Position numbers and translations under genes: made by a program. Below, in pieces: positions 10,548 to 20,719 of a stretch of 64,000 nucleotides of DNA. Source of the DNA: an uncultured Acidimicrobiales bacterium. GTDB lineage: Bacteria > Actinomycetota > Acidimicrobiia > Acidimicrobiales > CAVXTF01. The number at the start of each line of letters is the position of its first letter. The stretch's first letter is position 1. The stretch is from NCBI GenBank assembly GCA_963764615.1, contig CAVXTF010000002.1, positions 1,410,265-1,474,264 on the forward strand, written 5' to 3'. The notes under the pieces were generated by a model. The model ran no database searches and was not told the DNA's origin. It worked only from the letters and a program-made list of their open reading frames with translations.

Positions 10548-11717
10548 CTAGGGGAGCAGCCGGCGGGCGATCTTGCCCGACGGCGTGCGGGGTAACGCAT
10601 CGAGGAGCACGAGCTCGCGCGGCGCCGCCCATACGGGGAGCTGTTCCGCCACGCGTGATCGCAATTCATCCAATCCGACTGGCTCCGACCTGTCGGCCAG
10701 CACCACAAAAGCCACTACCCGCTCGCCCCACTCAGGGTCGGGCCGGCCGCGGACGGCCACCTCCGCCACCTTCGGGTGGGTCGCGAGCGCCTGCTCCACC
10801 GCCGTCGGCCACACCTTCTCGCCTCCGGTGTTGATCGTCTCTTCGATCCGCCCCGACACCTGCAGTCGTCCTTCGTTGTCGATCCGGCCCGCGTCACCGG
10901 TCGGCATCCACCCCCCAGGCAGCTTGGGGTCCGAGCCGTCGCGGTAGGCCCTGAACAACATGGGTCCTCGTACCAGCACTTCGCCCGTAACCCCTAGACC
11001 GTCTCGGCCCGAGGCGCCCCCTTCGATTCTTCCCGTGCCCTCGTCGACTGCGACCTCGACCCCCTCGAGCGGCACCCCGTCGTAGACCACGCCGCCGCAG
11101 GTTTCTGTCATCCCGTAGGTGCTCACCACGTTCAGGGCCAGCCCCGCCGGCGGTGCCGCTCCCCCGAGGAGGACCGCCCGGAACAGAGATGCGTCCACCC
11201 GGCTGAGCGCCGTCGCCACCAGGGATACGAGGGTCACGCCGTTGGACAGAGCCTGGTGCTCCACCTGGGCCGCGTCGAACCGAGGATGGACGACGAGGGG
11301 AGTGCCGGTTATCACCGAACGTGTCACTACGCCCAGACCCCCGACATGGCTGAGCGGAATGCAGGCGAGCCACTTGTCTCGCGCCTGGTCCACCTCGAGG
11401 CGCCGCGAGGTCTTCTCGGCCGACGCTCTCACTGCATCCTCGGTGAGCACGACGGCTTTGGGGGTAGCACCCGATCCGCTCGTCGCCACCACAAGAGCGT
11501 CGCCGATCTCGGCGGGTATCCCACCGTCGACAGCAGCGCTCACGCCGTCAGGACCCACCACGTGAGTAGGTCGGATCGCCGCGATCAGCTCGCGTGCGGC
11601 AGGTCCCGGCAGCCGGGGATCGAGAGGGGCCACCGCGTCACCTGCCGACCAGACCCGCTCTAGCGCGCTGACGAAACGGTCATCCCATGGCAGGTCCAGG
11701 GCAACCAGACGAGGCAC
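10548..11717 (-). CDS. menE: O-succinylbenzoate-CoA ligase (AMP-binding); start uncertain
   Basis: TSGSGATPK, YGMTET, TGD, GGEKVWP, PRTPSGK; located in the men cluster. Confidence 0.85.
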   Translation of the reverse strand: MPRLVALDLPWDDRFVSALERVWSAGDAVAPLDPRLPGPAARELIAAIRPTHVVGPDGVSAAVDGGIPAEIGDALVVATSGSGATPKAVVLTEDAVRASAEKTSRRLEVDQARDKWLACIPLSHVGGLGVVTRSVITGTPLVVHPRFDAAQVEHQALSNGVTLVSLVATALSRVDASLFRAVLLGGAAPPAGLALNVVSTYGMTETCGGVVYDGVPLEGVEVAVDEGTGRIEGGASGRDGLGVTGEVLVRGPMLFRAYRDGSDPKLPGGWMPTGDAGRIDNEGRLQVSGRIEETINTGGEKVWPTAVEQALATHPKVAEVAVRGRPDPEWGERVVAFVVLADRSEPVGLDELRSRVAEQLPVWAAPRELVLLDALPRTPSGKIARRLLP

Positions 11718-11775
11718 GGGCCGGTAGCGTACCGACCGTGCGAGCAATCACTCACAAGATCATCTGATCGTCCAC

Positions 11776-12708
11776 GTGTCACCAGGTCACAACGTGTCAC
11801 CAGGGCAGAACCCGTCTGAGGTGCAGAACGACTCTTCGGGTCCGAGCGACCCCGTCGAGGAGCTCAAGAGGCTCCCCGCCCCCAAATGGGAGGCGATCGG
11901 GGACTTCGGCGACATCAGACTCGAGGTCGCAGAAGGAATCGCCAAGATCACGATCTGCAGGCCGGAGGTGCGAAACGCCTTCAGACCCCGGACCCTTTTC
12001 GAGCTGGCGGATGCCTTCAACGTCGCACGCGACGACCCGGATGTCGGTGTCGTGGTGCTGACCGGCGAGGGGCCCGACGCGTTCTGCTCGGGCGGGGACC
12101 AGCGAATACGCGGTGACGACGGCTACATAGGCGACGACGAGGTCGCCCGTCGGGGAATCGGCAGGCTGAATGTGCTCGACCTGCAGGTCCAGATAAGAAG
12201 ACTCCCGAAGCCGGTGGTCGCCATGGTCGCCGGCTACGCGATAGGCGGCGGTCACGTTCTCCACCTGGTCTGTGACCTGACCATCGCTGCGGACAACGCA
12301 AGGTTCGGACAGACAGGCCCGAAGGTCGGCAGCTTCGACGGCGGCTACGGGTCGGGACTGCTAGCCCGCACCGTCGGGCTGAAGCGTGCCAAGGAGATCT
12401 GGTTCTTGTGCCGCCAGTACGACGCCCGTCAGGCGCTCGAGTGGGGGCTGGTCAACGCGGTGGTTCCTCTGGCCGACCTCGAGACCGAGACAGTGGCCTG
12501 GTGCCGCAGGATGCTCGAGCTGTCTCCCATCGCCCTGCGCATGCTCAAGGCGGGCTTCAATGCCGCAGACGACGGGCTCGCCGGTATCCAGCAACTGGCT
12601 GGCGACGCAACGATGCTCTTCTACATGACAGAGGAAGGCCAAGAGGGGCGCGACGCCTACAAGGAACACCGGCCTCCGGACTTCTCGCGCTTCCCGCGCC
12701 GTCCGTGA
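11776..12708 (+). CDS. menB: 1,4-dihydroxy-2-naphthoyl-CoA synthase
   Basis: [26 protein letters not shown]. Confidence 0.97.
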   Translation: MSPGHNVSPGQNPSEVQNDSSGPSDPVEELKRLPAPKWEAIGDFGDIRLEVAEGIAKITICRPEVRNAFRPRTLFELADAFNVARDDPDVGVVVLTGEGPDAFCSGGDQRIRGDDGYIGDDEVARRGIGRLNVLDLQVQIRRLPKPVVAMVAGYAIGGGHVLHLVCDLTIAADNARFGQTGPKVGSFDGGYGSGLLARTVGLKRAKEIWFLCRQYDARQALEWGLVNAVVPLADLETETVAWCRRMLELSPIALRMLKAGFNAADDGLAGIQQLAGDATMLFYMTEEGQEGRDAYKEHRPPDFSRFPRRP

Positions 12709-13634
12709 GCGGAAGGCCATCGGTCGTCCCCGAGCCGGCACAGCTCGGTGGGTTCAGGCTCTTCGTCCTGGGTGCTCGGCCACGGACGCTCGCTGCTGCC
12801 GTTGTCCCGGTGGCCGTCGGGACTGCTGTTTCGTGGTGGTGGCTCGGGGCTCACAGAGTCGATTGGTGGAAGGGAGCCCTCGCTCTGGTCGTGTCGTTCG
12901 CCGTGCAGATCGGGACCAACTACGCGAACGACTACTCCGACGGGGAGCGCGGAACGGACAAGGCACGTGTCGGTCCGGTCAGGCTGGTCGCCTCAGGGCT
13001 GGCCTCGCCCGGTTCTGTGAAGTTGGCGAGCACCGCCACGTTCGCCGCCGCAGCGGCAGCGGGTCTGGTTCTCGCTGCGTTCACCTCGTGGTGGCTCGTA
13101 GCCGTCGGCGCAGCGTGCATCGCTGCCGGCTGGCTCTATACCGGCGGCCCCCGACCCTATGGGTACATGGGACTCGGCGAGGTGTTCGTCCTGGCCTTCT
13201 TCGGTCTGGTCGCCACGTGCGGAACCGCCTACGTCGAGGGCGTGCGCTTCTCAGGCACGGGCTTCGTCGTCGTCGTCCTGGCGTCGGTCGCAGTCGGTCT
13301 GCTCGCCGTCGCCCTGCTAGAGGCGAACAACCTGAGAGACATTGCCGGCGACGAGGAGGCAGGGAAGCGAACTCTCGCGGTCAGGCTCGGCCGGCACAAT
13401 GCCGGACTGCTCTACGCGGGAACGCTCGCAGTTGCGGCCGCTGCGGTCGTCGTGATCGCAGCGGCCGAGCGTCCCTGGGCGGCCATCGCCTTGGTGTGCG
13501 TCCCACTCGCATTGCGTCCCTCGAAGCTTGCGCTGAGCGGTGCGACAGGCCGGGATCTGCTCCCGATGCTCGCGGGGACGGCGCGGTTGCAGCTGTGCGC
13601 GGGGGCGCTGCTAGCCGTGGGGATCCTGATTTGA
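12705..13634 (+). CDS. menA: 1,4-dihydroxy-2-naphthoate polyprenyltransferase
   Basis: [34 protein letters not shown] start overlaps the menB stop. Confidence 0.95.
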   Translation: MSGRPSVVPEPAQLGGFRLFVLGARPRTLAAAVVPVAVGTAVSWWWLGAHRVDWWKGALALVVSFAVQIGTNYANDYSDGERGTDKARVGPVRLVASGLASPGSVKLASTATFAAAAAAGLVLAAFTSWWLVAVGAACIAAGWLYTGGPRPYGYMGLGEVFVLAFFGLVATCGTAYVEGVRFSGTGFVVVVLASVAVGLLAVALLEANNLRDIAGDEEAGKRTLAVRLGRHNAGLLYAGTLAVAAAAVVVIAAAERPWAAIALVCVPLALRPSKLALSGATGRDLLPMLAGTARLQLCAGALLAVGILI

Positions 13635-13635
13635 G

Positions 13636-14454
13636 TCACGTACCCGACCAGAATCGCTCGATCATCCTCGCCGTCTCGACGGGCCTCGCGAGGTGGCAGG
13701 CGTGACCTGCTTCGCGGACGACGGCCGCCCTAGCGTTGTCGCCCGTCGAGACGGCGATTCGGTCTGCGAGCGAGCAGAACCGATGGTCGTTCTCACCGGC
13801 GAGCACGAGGACCGGCATCGACAGCTCGGAGAGTCGGTCCCAAAGCGGAACCTGGCGACCCGTTCCGCAAAGCCGGAGAGACGATGCGAGGCCCGCGCCG
13901 GCGTTGCTCATCCGTTCTCGGATGCACGCAGCCTCCTCGTCGAGATCCGCGAACAGTGGACCCGCGAGCCAACGCCGCAGGAATTCGCCGAGTGCGACCT
14001 TGTCGTCTCCGACGTCGTCGAGCTCGCAAGCGAGCAACTCGTCGGCTTTTGCGCGCGCCGAGCGCTCTTCTTCGTCCTCGATCCCGGCGTTGACTCCGAT
14101 CAGCACCGCGCGCCCGACGATGTCGGGACGCGAGATGGCAAGGTGGAGCAGTACCCGACCACCGAGCGAGTATCCGACGTAATCGGCGGGCCCACATGTT
14201 TCGGCGACCAGCTCCGCCGTGTCGAAGAGCCCGGCCCTCACCTCGGAGGATCCCCCGTGCCCCGGGAGGTCGGCTGCGATCAGCGCGCGGCCCTCGGTGT
14301 CGATCGCGCCCGCAAGCGCACCCCAGCACAGCGAGTTCTGGGTGAAACCGTGCAGAAGGACCACAGGGTCACCGGAGCGTCGATCACCCGATCGCCATTG
14401 CAGGGTCGCGAGAGATCCTCCGGCCTGGGCTGCATCGGCGCCGCCTTTTGTCAC
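13636..14454 (-). CDS. menH: Alpha/beta hydrolase, MenH-like; start uncertain
   Basis: LHGFTQ, DLPGHG, GYSLGGR, AGH; men cluster context. Confidence 0.8.
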   Translation of the reverse strand: MTKGGADAAQAGGSLATLQWRSGDRRSGDPVVLLHGFTQNSLCWGALAGAIDTEGRALIAADLPGHGGSSEVRAGLFDTAELVAETCGPADYVGYSLGGRVLLHLAISRPDIVGRAVLIGVNAGIEDEEERSARAKADELLACELDDVGDDKVALGEFLRRWLAGPLFADLDEEAACIRERMSNAGAGLASSLRLCGTGRQVPLWDRLSELSMPVLVLAGENDHRFCSLADRIAVSTGDNARAAVVREAGHACHLARPVETARMIERFWSGT

Positions 14455-14459
14455 CGGCG

Positions 14460-16299
14460 ATGAGCGTACCCACCAGCACTCCGTCACAGCCCGACGTGCA
14501 GGCGACATTCTGCGCGACCCTCGTGGACGAGTGGGCTCGTGCAGGGGTGACCGAAGCCGTCGTGTGTCCAGGATCGCGATCCACACCCCTTGCGTTGGCG
14601 CTCGCATCCGATCCGCGAATCAGCGTACACGTCCGGCTCGACGAGAGGTCCGCCGCGTTTTTCGCCATTGGCTCGGCCCTCGTAACGCAGCGTGCTGCGG
14701 TGATATGCACGACGAGCGGGACCGCTGCGGCGGAGCTGCATGCCGGCGTCGTAGAAGCTCACCACACGGGCGCTCCGCTCCTCGTGTGCACGGCTGACCG
14801 GCCGCAACGGTTGCACGCGGTCGGCGCTCCCCAGACGATCGAGCAGTGCGGTCTGTTCGGGCCAGCGGTCCGCTTCGCTGCAACCCTCGGTGTCGCGCGC
14901 TGGGCGGAACGCGACGTGTGGAGATCCCTGGCGGCGCGCGCGGTGACAGAGGCGTCGCAAGGACCACTCGGCCCTGGACCCGTTCACCTCAACCTCGAGT
15001 TCGACGAACCGTTGCTCGGAGAAGCGGCGACGCTTCCCCGGGGGAGGGAGTCCGGAGCCCCATGGCACCGAGTGAGTGGTCGGGATTCAACAGTTGCGGC
15101 GCGATGGTCCGATCCACCCGGAATCGAGCAGCTCGAGGGCAGGCGGGTACTGGTGGTGGCGGGCGGCGGGGCAGGCGAACCCGACGCCATCTTGGGCTGC
15201 GCACAGGCACTCGGCGCTCCGGTTCTGGCCGACTGGTTGTCGGGCTGCCGACGGCGGCGCAACGGAGTGGTCGCGGCGGGAGATGCCATCTTGCGAAGCG
15301 ACGACGCCGCGAGCCTTCTTCGCCCTGATGTCGTGTTGCGGTTCGGGGCGGTGCCCGCCTCGAAGGTTCTTGCGACGCGCCTGCATGATTGGGCTCTCGC
15401 CGGGACCGACCACGTGATCGTCGACGACCGCTGGCGCTGGGTCGACCCTGACCGCGACGCACTGACGGTCATCGACGCAGACGTCCGTTCGTGGTGCGAG
15501 TCGGTCAGCTCGTGGTGCGACTCGGCCGGCGAACAGCCCGCCGGCCGACGTGTCCGCGGTGCCGCCGGCGGCACACGGTGGCTCGCGCTGTGGGCTACAG
15601 CGGAGTCGGCCGCACAGGACGCCATCGGCGACTGGTGCGCAGCGCACGTCGAGGCGACCGAGCCGGGGATCGCGCGCTCTGTCATGACGGCTCTTCCCCG
15701 AGGTGCGTTACTGGTCGTCGCCTCGTCCATGCCCATTCGGGACCTGGAGTGGTTCGCGGGTGCTCTCGCTGATCCACCGAGGGTGCTCGCCAACCGCGGT
15801 GCGAACGGCATCGATGGGGTCGTGTCGACAGCCATGGGCGCGGCCGGAGCGGGTGCGGGCCCCGTGGTCGCTCTCGTTGGCGACCTTGCATTCCTCCACG
15901 ACCTGACTGCACTCGTGAGGCTGCAGGGTTCGGAGCCGGCGATCACGGTCGTCGTCGTGGACAACGGGGGTGGAGGGATCTTCTCCTTCCTTCCTCACCG
16001 GGGCGCGCTGCCTGGAAGGGGTGCAGGAGGGGCATCGTTCGAAAACCTCTTCGGGACGCCACCGGCGACCGGTGTCTCCGATGCCGCCGTGTGGCCTCGG
16101 AGCGACCGTGGTGGAGGTGTCCTCGATCTCCGATCTGGAGGAAGCACTGCGGACCTCGGTCGGGTCGGCCACGACCTGTGTCGTGCGCGTCGAGGTTCCC
16201 GGGCGCGACGAAAACGTACGCCTGCACGACGAGATCAACGGCGACATCGCGAAAAGGGTTGCGGACGCGCTCGCAATGGCGGGGGGTCATCCCGGGTGA
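14460..16299 (+). CDS. menD: SEPHCHC synthase; frameshift near 16090
   Basis: CPGSRSTPL, DERSAAF, TTSGTA, NRGANGIDG, GDLAFLHD, NGGGGIF; the C-terminus continues in ORF 15970..16299. Confidence 0.93.
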
Positions 16300-16333
16300 C
16301 CCGGCGCCCGCCCGGGACGCGTAACGTGTCCAC

Positions 16334-16864
16334 GTGCCGCTGACCGATCGACGTGTCCTCATCCTCGCCGCAGACCTGTTCGAGGACATGGAGCTCCTCT
16401 ACCCCCTGTACCGGCTGCGAGAAGAAGGCGTCGACGTCGTCCTCGCCGGTGTCGACAGGTCACCGGTCACCGGGAAGAAGGGCTACGGGCCTGTCGTGGT
16501 GGACGCAACCGTCGAGGAGGTTGAAGAAGGCGAATTCGACGCCCTCGTGCTCCCAGGAGGCTTCGCTCCCGACAAGCTCCGGCGATACGAGTCGGTACTC
16601 GACCTAGTCCGGGCCTTCGACACGGTGGCAAAGCCGGTGGCGTTCATATGCCATGCAGGGTGGGTGCCGATCTCCGCAGGGATCTTGAAGGGCCGCCGGG
16701 CGACGAGCGTCGGGGCGATCCGAGACGACATGGTCAACGCCGGTGTCGACTGGGTGGACTCGGAGACGGTCGTGGACGGGAACCTGATCTCGGCGCGAAC
16801 GCCTGAGGATCTAGGGCCGTGGATGCGGGCGCTCATCTCGGCGCTCGAGCAAGTCGCGTCCTGA
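16334..16864 (+). CDS. PfpI/DJ-1 family (type 1 glutamine amidotransferase-like) protein
   Basis: FEDMELLYP, PGGFAPDKLR, ICHAGW. Confidence 0.93.
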   Translation: MPLTDRRVLILAADLFEDMELLYPLYRLREEGVDVVLAGVDRSPVTGKKGYGPVVVDATVEEVEEGEFDALVLPGGFAPDKLRRYESVLDLVRAFDTVAKPVAFICHAGWVPISAGILKGRRATSVGAIRDDMVNAGVDWVDSETVVDGNLISARTPEDLGPWMRALISALEQVAS

Positions 16865-16878
16865 ACACACGGGTATCC

Positions 16879-18165
16879 ATGAGCTCTCTATTCGAGGATC
16901 TGGAATTCCGCGGGCTGGTCCATCAGGTCACGGACCCCGAGCTGCAAAAGCTCTTGAACGGTGAACATCTCACGGGCTACATCGGTTTCGACCCGACCGC
17001 AGACAGCCTCCACGTCGGCCATCTTCAACAGCTCTGTCTGCTTCGCCGCCTGCAGACGGGGGGGCATCAACCGATAGCAGTCGCCGGAGGAGGAACCGCG
17101 GTCGTGGGCGACCCGGGCGGAAAGACCGAGGAACGGTCACTACTCGAAGACGACCAGATAAAGAAGAACCTGGACGGCATACGACCCCAGATGGAGAGGT
17201 TCCTCGACTTCTCGCAGGCGGCGGGCAATTCGCGTGCGCTTCTCGTGGACAACGGCGACTGGCTCAGGCCGATCGGCGTCCTCGAGTTCCTCCGCGACGT
17301 AGGCAAGCACTTCACCGTCAACCAGATGGTGACGAAGGAGTCCGTGAGGGCGCGACTCGAACGGCCCGATCACGGCATCTCCTTCACCGAGTTCACGTAC
17401 ATGCTGCTCCAGGCGTACGACTTCCTCCGCCTGTTCGACAAGTTCGGTTGCAGACTCCAGCTTGGCGGAAGCGACCAGTGGGGCAACATCACCATGGGCA
17501 TCGAGCTGATCCGCAAGGTACGGCGCGCCGAGGCCTACGGTCTTACGTCCCCCCTCGTTGTTCAGGCCGACGGGACCAAGTTCGGCAAGACCGAGTCAGG
17601 CACCGTCTGGCTCGACGCGAACCGGACGTCTCCTTACCAGCTCTTCCAGTTCTTCCTGCGAGTCGAGGACGCGGTGGTACGCGACTACCTGCGGCGGCTC
17701 ACCTTCCTCGATCACGACACGATCCGTTCGCTCGATGCTGACACCGATTCGCGCCCCGGCGAGCGCAGAGCGCAGCGAGCGCTCGCCCGAGCCGTGTGCT
17801 CGATGGTGCACGGCGATGCAGAAGCCGAGCGCGCGGAGAAGGCGGGAGCGGCCCTGTTCTCCGAAGAGGTCGCGACCCTGGACGAACGCACACTTCTCGA
17901 GGTGTTCGCCGAGGTGCCGACGACCACGCTGTCTCGGACGTCGCTCGACGGCGACGGTCTGTCCGTCGTGGCGGCGTTCGTCGAGGTGGGGCTTTCCGCC
18001 TCGCGCAACCAGGCGCGCGCCGCGATCGGACAGGGCGGCGCCTATGTCAACAACAGGCGCGTCGAGGACCCCGAGTCGGCAATCACGCGCGACGACCTGC
18101 TCGAAGGTCGGTACGTGGTCCTGCGCAGAGGGAGGCGGGACTACCATCTCGTCCGGTTCGACTAG
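16879..18165 (+). CDS. tyrS: Tyrosine-tRNA ligase
   Basis: GFDPTADSLHVGH, GGSDQWGNI, KFGKT, C-terminal S4 domain. Confidence 0.98.
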   Translation: MSSLFEDLEFRGLVHQVTDPELQKLLNGEHLTGYIGFDPTADSLHVGHLQQLCLLRRLQTGGHQPIAVAGGGTAVVGDPGGKTEERSLLEDDQIKKNLDGIRPQMERFLDFSQAAGNSRALLVDNGDWLRPIGVLEFLRDVGKHFTVNQMVTKESVRARLERPDHGISFTEFTYMLLQAYDFLRLFDKFGCRLQLGGSDQWGNITMGIELIRKVRRAEAYGLTSPLVVQADGTKFGKTESGTVWLDANRTSPYQLFQFFLRVEDAVVRDYLRRLTFLDHDTIRSLDADTDSRPGERRAQRALARAVCSMVHGDAEAERAEKAGAALFSEEVATLDERTLLEVFAEVPTTTLSRTSLDGDGLSVVAAFVEVGLSASRNQARAAIGQGGAYVNNRRVEDPESAITRDDLLEGRYVVLRRGRRDYHLVRFD

Positions 18166-18242
18166 GAAGAGCCAGAAAGAAAACAGAGAATGAGCCCCCG
18201 GTTGCCTGACCTATATCGTCTTTGCGGCCCTGAGCCGGCGAG

Positions 18243-18389
18243 ATGATCGTTCTCGACGCCCTCTCGCTCGCGACCTCGGCCTTGATGCTGATCGCGGGCG
18301 GCCTCGGGCTGTTCGCTCCTCCCAGGCACCGGTCGAGTAGAGGACGTCATGGCCGGTCGGCCCTCGCACGCAGCTGGAGCCGGCGGTGA
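18243..18389 (+). CDS. Putative 48-aa single-pass membrane protein (absent from the ORF track)
   Basis: MIVLDALSLATSALMLIAGGLGLFAPPRHRSSRGRHGRSALARSWSRR; its stop overlaps the next start (GTGA). Confidence 0.5.
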   Translation: MIVLDALSLATSALMLIAGGLGLFAPPRHRSSRGRHGRSALARSWSRR

Positions 18390-18862
18390 GCGCCACGTCA
18401 GAACCGAGGCGCGACGCCGTCGGGATATCTACGGGACTGCCCGAGACGGTTCTCGACGACCCGCCCGAGGTGGCAGCGATGCGCCTCAGCAAAGCCCTTT
18501 CCATGCCACCTGGCCAACGTCGCGAGGCGGTCTCGGACGTGGTGCGGTCGTTCCCGTGGTGGTCAGAAGCATGGGCCGAGCTCGGCAAGCTGGCCCGAGA
18601 CGACATCGAGGGGTACGCGTGCTACCGCGTCGGATACCACCGCGGTCTCGACGCCCTCAGACGCTCAGGATGGCGGGGGAGCGGTTACGTCCGTTTCGAA
18701 CATCCGTCGAACCGGGGCTTTCTCAGATGCGTCGAAGGTCTGCGCTCCGAAGCGGCAGCGATCGGGGAAGTGGAAGAGGAGGAGCGCTGCGCCACGTTCC
18801 TCCGCCAGCTCGATCCGTCCTGGCCTCCTGAAGCCGACGGGTCCCGATCCGCTGGAAGGTGA
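18386..18862 (+). CDS. DUF3151 family protein
   Basis: YRVGYHRGLDALRRSGWRGSG and HPSNRGFLR signature. Confidence 0.88.
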   Translation: MSATSEPRRDAVGISTGLPETVLDDPPEVAAMRLSKALSMPPGQRREAVSDVVRSFPWWSEAWAELGKLARDDIEGYACYRVGYHRGLDALRRSGWRGSGYVRFEHPSNRGFLRCVEGLRSEAAAIGEVEEEERCATFLRQLDPSWPPEADGSRSAGR

Positions 18863-19338
18863 GGGTCGTCCGGGGCGGTGCGGGCACCCCACGCCTCCGG
18901 CTCCTCGTAGCGATCGCCGGAGCATCCGCTGCCGTGGCGTCGTGCGGAACACAGAGCACCTCGACCGCACAGAGAGTGGAGTCCTGGGTGGGTTCGAGCA
19001 GCCTCAGCGCGGAGATCGCACAGATCCGCACGGACGCGGCGAACGTCGCCAAGGTTGAGCGAATCGGTAGCCCGGGCGCCATACGCACGAATTGCGCGGT
19101 CCTCGACCTTGACACAGAGAATGCCAATCAGAGCCTGCCGTCTCCTGACCAGCAACTGACCGGCGAGCTGTCAGACGCATACGCCGCGGAGATCCAGGCG
19201 GCGCAGGACTGCTTTCACGGGGCGGGCAAGAGCAAGACACTGATCAGTCACGGCATGATCGCTCAGACTGCCGCCTACGCCGACATCGACCAGGCACTCG
19301 CACTGGTGACGCAACTGACCGGGAAGTCCGTAGGGTGA
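18859..19338 (+). CDS. Putative lipoprotein
   Basis: Signal peptide with lipobox VASC; GTGA-coupled on both sides. Confidence 0.7.
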   Translation: MRVVRGGAGTPRLRLLVAIAGASAAVASCGTQSTSTAQRVESWVGSSSLSAEIAQIRTDAANVAKVERIGSPGAIRTNCAVLDLDTENANQSLPSPDQQLTGELSDAYAAEIQAAQDCFHGAGKSKTLISHGMIAQTAAYADIDQALALVTQLTGKSVG

Positions 19339-19877
19339 CCGGAACCGCGGGGGCCACCACGCCGGGCGAGGACGACCGACTGCGCCGCCGTGTCCTTTGG
19401 ACCATGCCGAGCGGCCTGTACGTGCTCGGCTCGCGGTCGGGTGCGCGGCGCAACCTGATGACGCTCAACTGGGCGATGCAGGTCGCCATGGAGCCGAAGC
19501 TCGTCGCCGTTTCTGTCCAGAGCACAGCGGTCACGCACGAGCTCGTAACCGAGAGCAGAGTGTTCGCAATCAGCATCCTGAAGCGCGAGGACCGTGCCCT
19601 GGTGAGGAAATTCGTAAAGCCCGTGGATGACTCCGATGTGGTCGTGGACGCCTCGGGCTCAGGCACGATGCGCGAGGAGGCGGTCCGTTCCGACGTCACC
19701 GGGGCTCCGGTCCTCGCCGGCGCCGCGGCCTGGCTGGACTGCCGGGTCACCACTGCTCTGGCCCTGGGCAGCCACTCCCTTTTCGTCGGAGAGGTAGTCG
19801 GATTCGGGTTCTCAGAAGCGGGCGAGGGCGTCCCGGTGCTGCGGATGGAGGACACGCGGATGAACTACGGGGGTTGA
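19335..19877 (+). CDS. Flavin reductase family protein
   Basis: MPSGLYVL, GAPVL, LDC, GSHSLFVGEV. Confidence 0.9.
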   Translation: MTGTAGATTPGEDDRLRRRVLWTMPSGLYVLGSRSGARRNLMTLNWAMQVAMEPKLVAVSVQSTAVTHELVTESRVFAISILKREDRALVRKFVKPVDDSDVVVDASGSGTMREEAVRSDVTGAPVLAGAAAWLDCRVTTALALGSHSLFVGEVVGFGFSEAGEGVPVLRMEDTRMNYGG

Positions 19878-19928
19878 GGAACCGGGCGTTCGGCGTACCG
19901 GATGGCCGGCGAACCGGGTGGCCGGCGA

Positions 19929-20177
19929 TCAGGTGGGCGGGCTCTTGGCCTCGTCGCGGCGGGGTCTCAAGTCCACTCTCAAAGTGAGGAAGCCTCCCTC
20001 GATCGAGGCCTCCGCATCTCCGATCATGGCGTAGTCCATGAAATCGAGCTGTGCCTGCTCGATGTAGCGCTTCCGATCCGGCCCTTCGATAGGCGGGATC
20101 CCCCTGGACCTGACGGCGCCCGCGCGTGCCCTGAAGCGCTCGACCATTGCCTGTGGGTCGAACTCCTCAGGCACCAT
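19929..20177 (-). CDS. Small conserved hypothetical protein (about 82 aa)
   Basis: Globular-looking sequence MVPEEFDPQAMVERFRARA...LTLRVDLR with typical codon usage. Confidence 0.7.
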   Translation of the reverse strand: MVPEEFDPQAMVERFRARAGAVRSRGIPPIEGPDRKRYIEQAQLDFMDYAMIGDAEASIEGGFLTLRVDLRPRRDEAKSPPT

Positions 20178-20258
20178 CACGACTGTACAGGGGCAGCGCC
20201 TGCCGGCGCGAGGGGAGAGGAGGCATGATTGATCCCGAGGCTGACCGCGCGGCGGCCC

Positions 20259-20361
20259 GAAGTTCCCGGCATAGTCCCGGCAGGGGACAGTCCCGAACTT
20301 CCCGGAAGCAGACAGCACAGAAGTTCCCGAAAGGGGGCAGCACGGAAGTTCCCGGAAGGGG
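20259..20361. repeat. Degenerate direct repeats with core GAA(G/C)TTCCCG
   Basis: Cores near 20259, 20295, 20320 and 20345; 24-bp near-identical pair at 20313-20336 and 20338-20361. Confidence 0.75.
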
Positions 20362-20473
20362 ACTGACACTCTGCGGCGGCAGGTACACTGATCTGGCTCG
20401 AGGGATTACCCAGGGCCTGGTCGCGTCTCAGCGCGCCGCCCTACCCCGGCCGGTTCGACAAGGGAGTGGCCTG

Positions 20474-20701
20474 GTGAAGAAGGGACGGCATCGCCGATTC
20501 GAAGAAGCCCGCAGCTTGAAGCGGGCCGTCGAGGGGGGGAATCGTCGCTGCCCCGAGTGCGGAGCGGGACCCGAGGACGAGCATGCTTCTTGGTGCGAGG
20601 CACCCGACGAGTTCGAGGAGATCCTCGGGAGCGTGAACGGCTCTGACTCCTACGCCTCCGAGCACTCTGAAGAGGACGATCCGCTCGGAGCTCGGAGGTA
20701 G
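20474..20701 (+). CDS. Small putative Zn-binding protein (75 aa)
   Basis: GTG after GGGAG; CPECG...EHASWC motif; basic N-terminus and acidic tail. Confidence 0.55.
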   Translation: MKKGRHRRFEEARSLKRAVEGGNRRCPECGAGPEDEHASWCEAPDEFEEILGSVNGSDSYASEHSEEDDPLGARR

Positions 20702-20719
20702 TTCCGGGCGCCGGGGCTC

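Noticed and set aside
18166..18242. rRNA operon or tRNA after tyrS
   Set aside because: No rRNA or tRNA-like sequence is present; the region is better explained by short coupled ORFs
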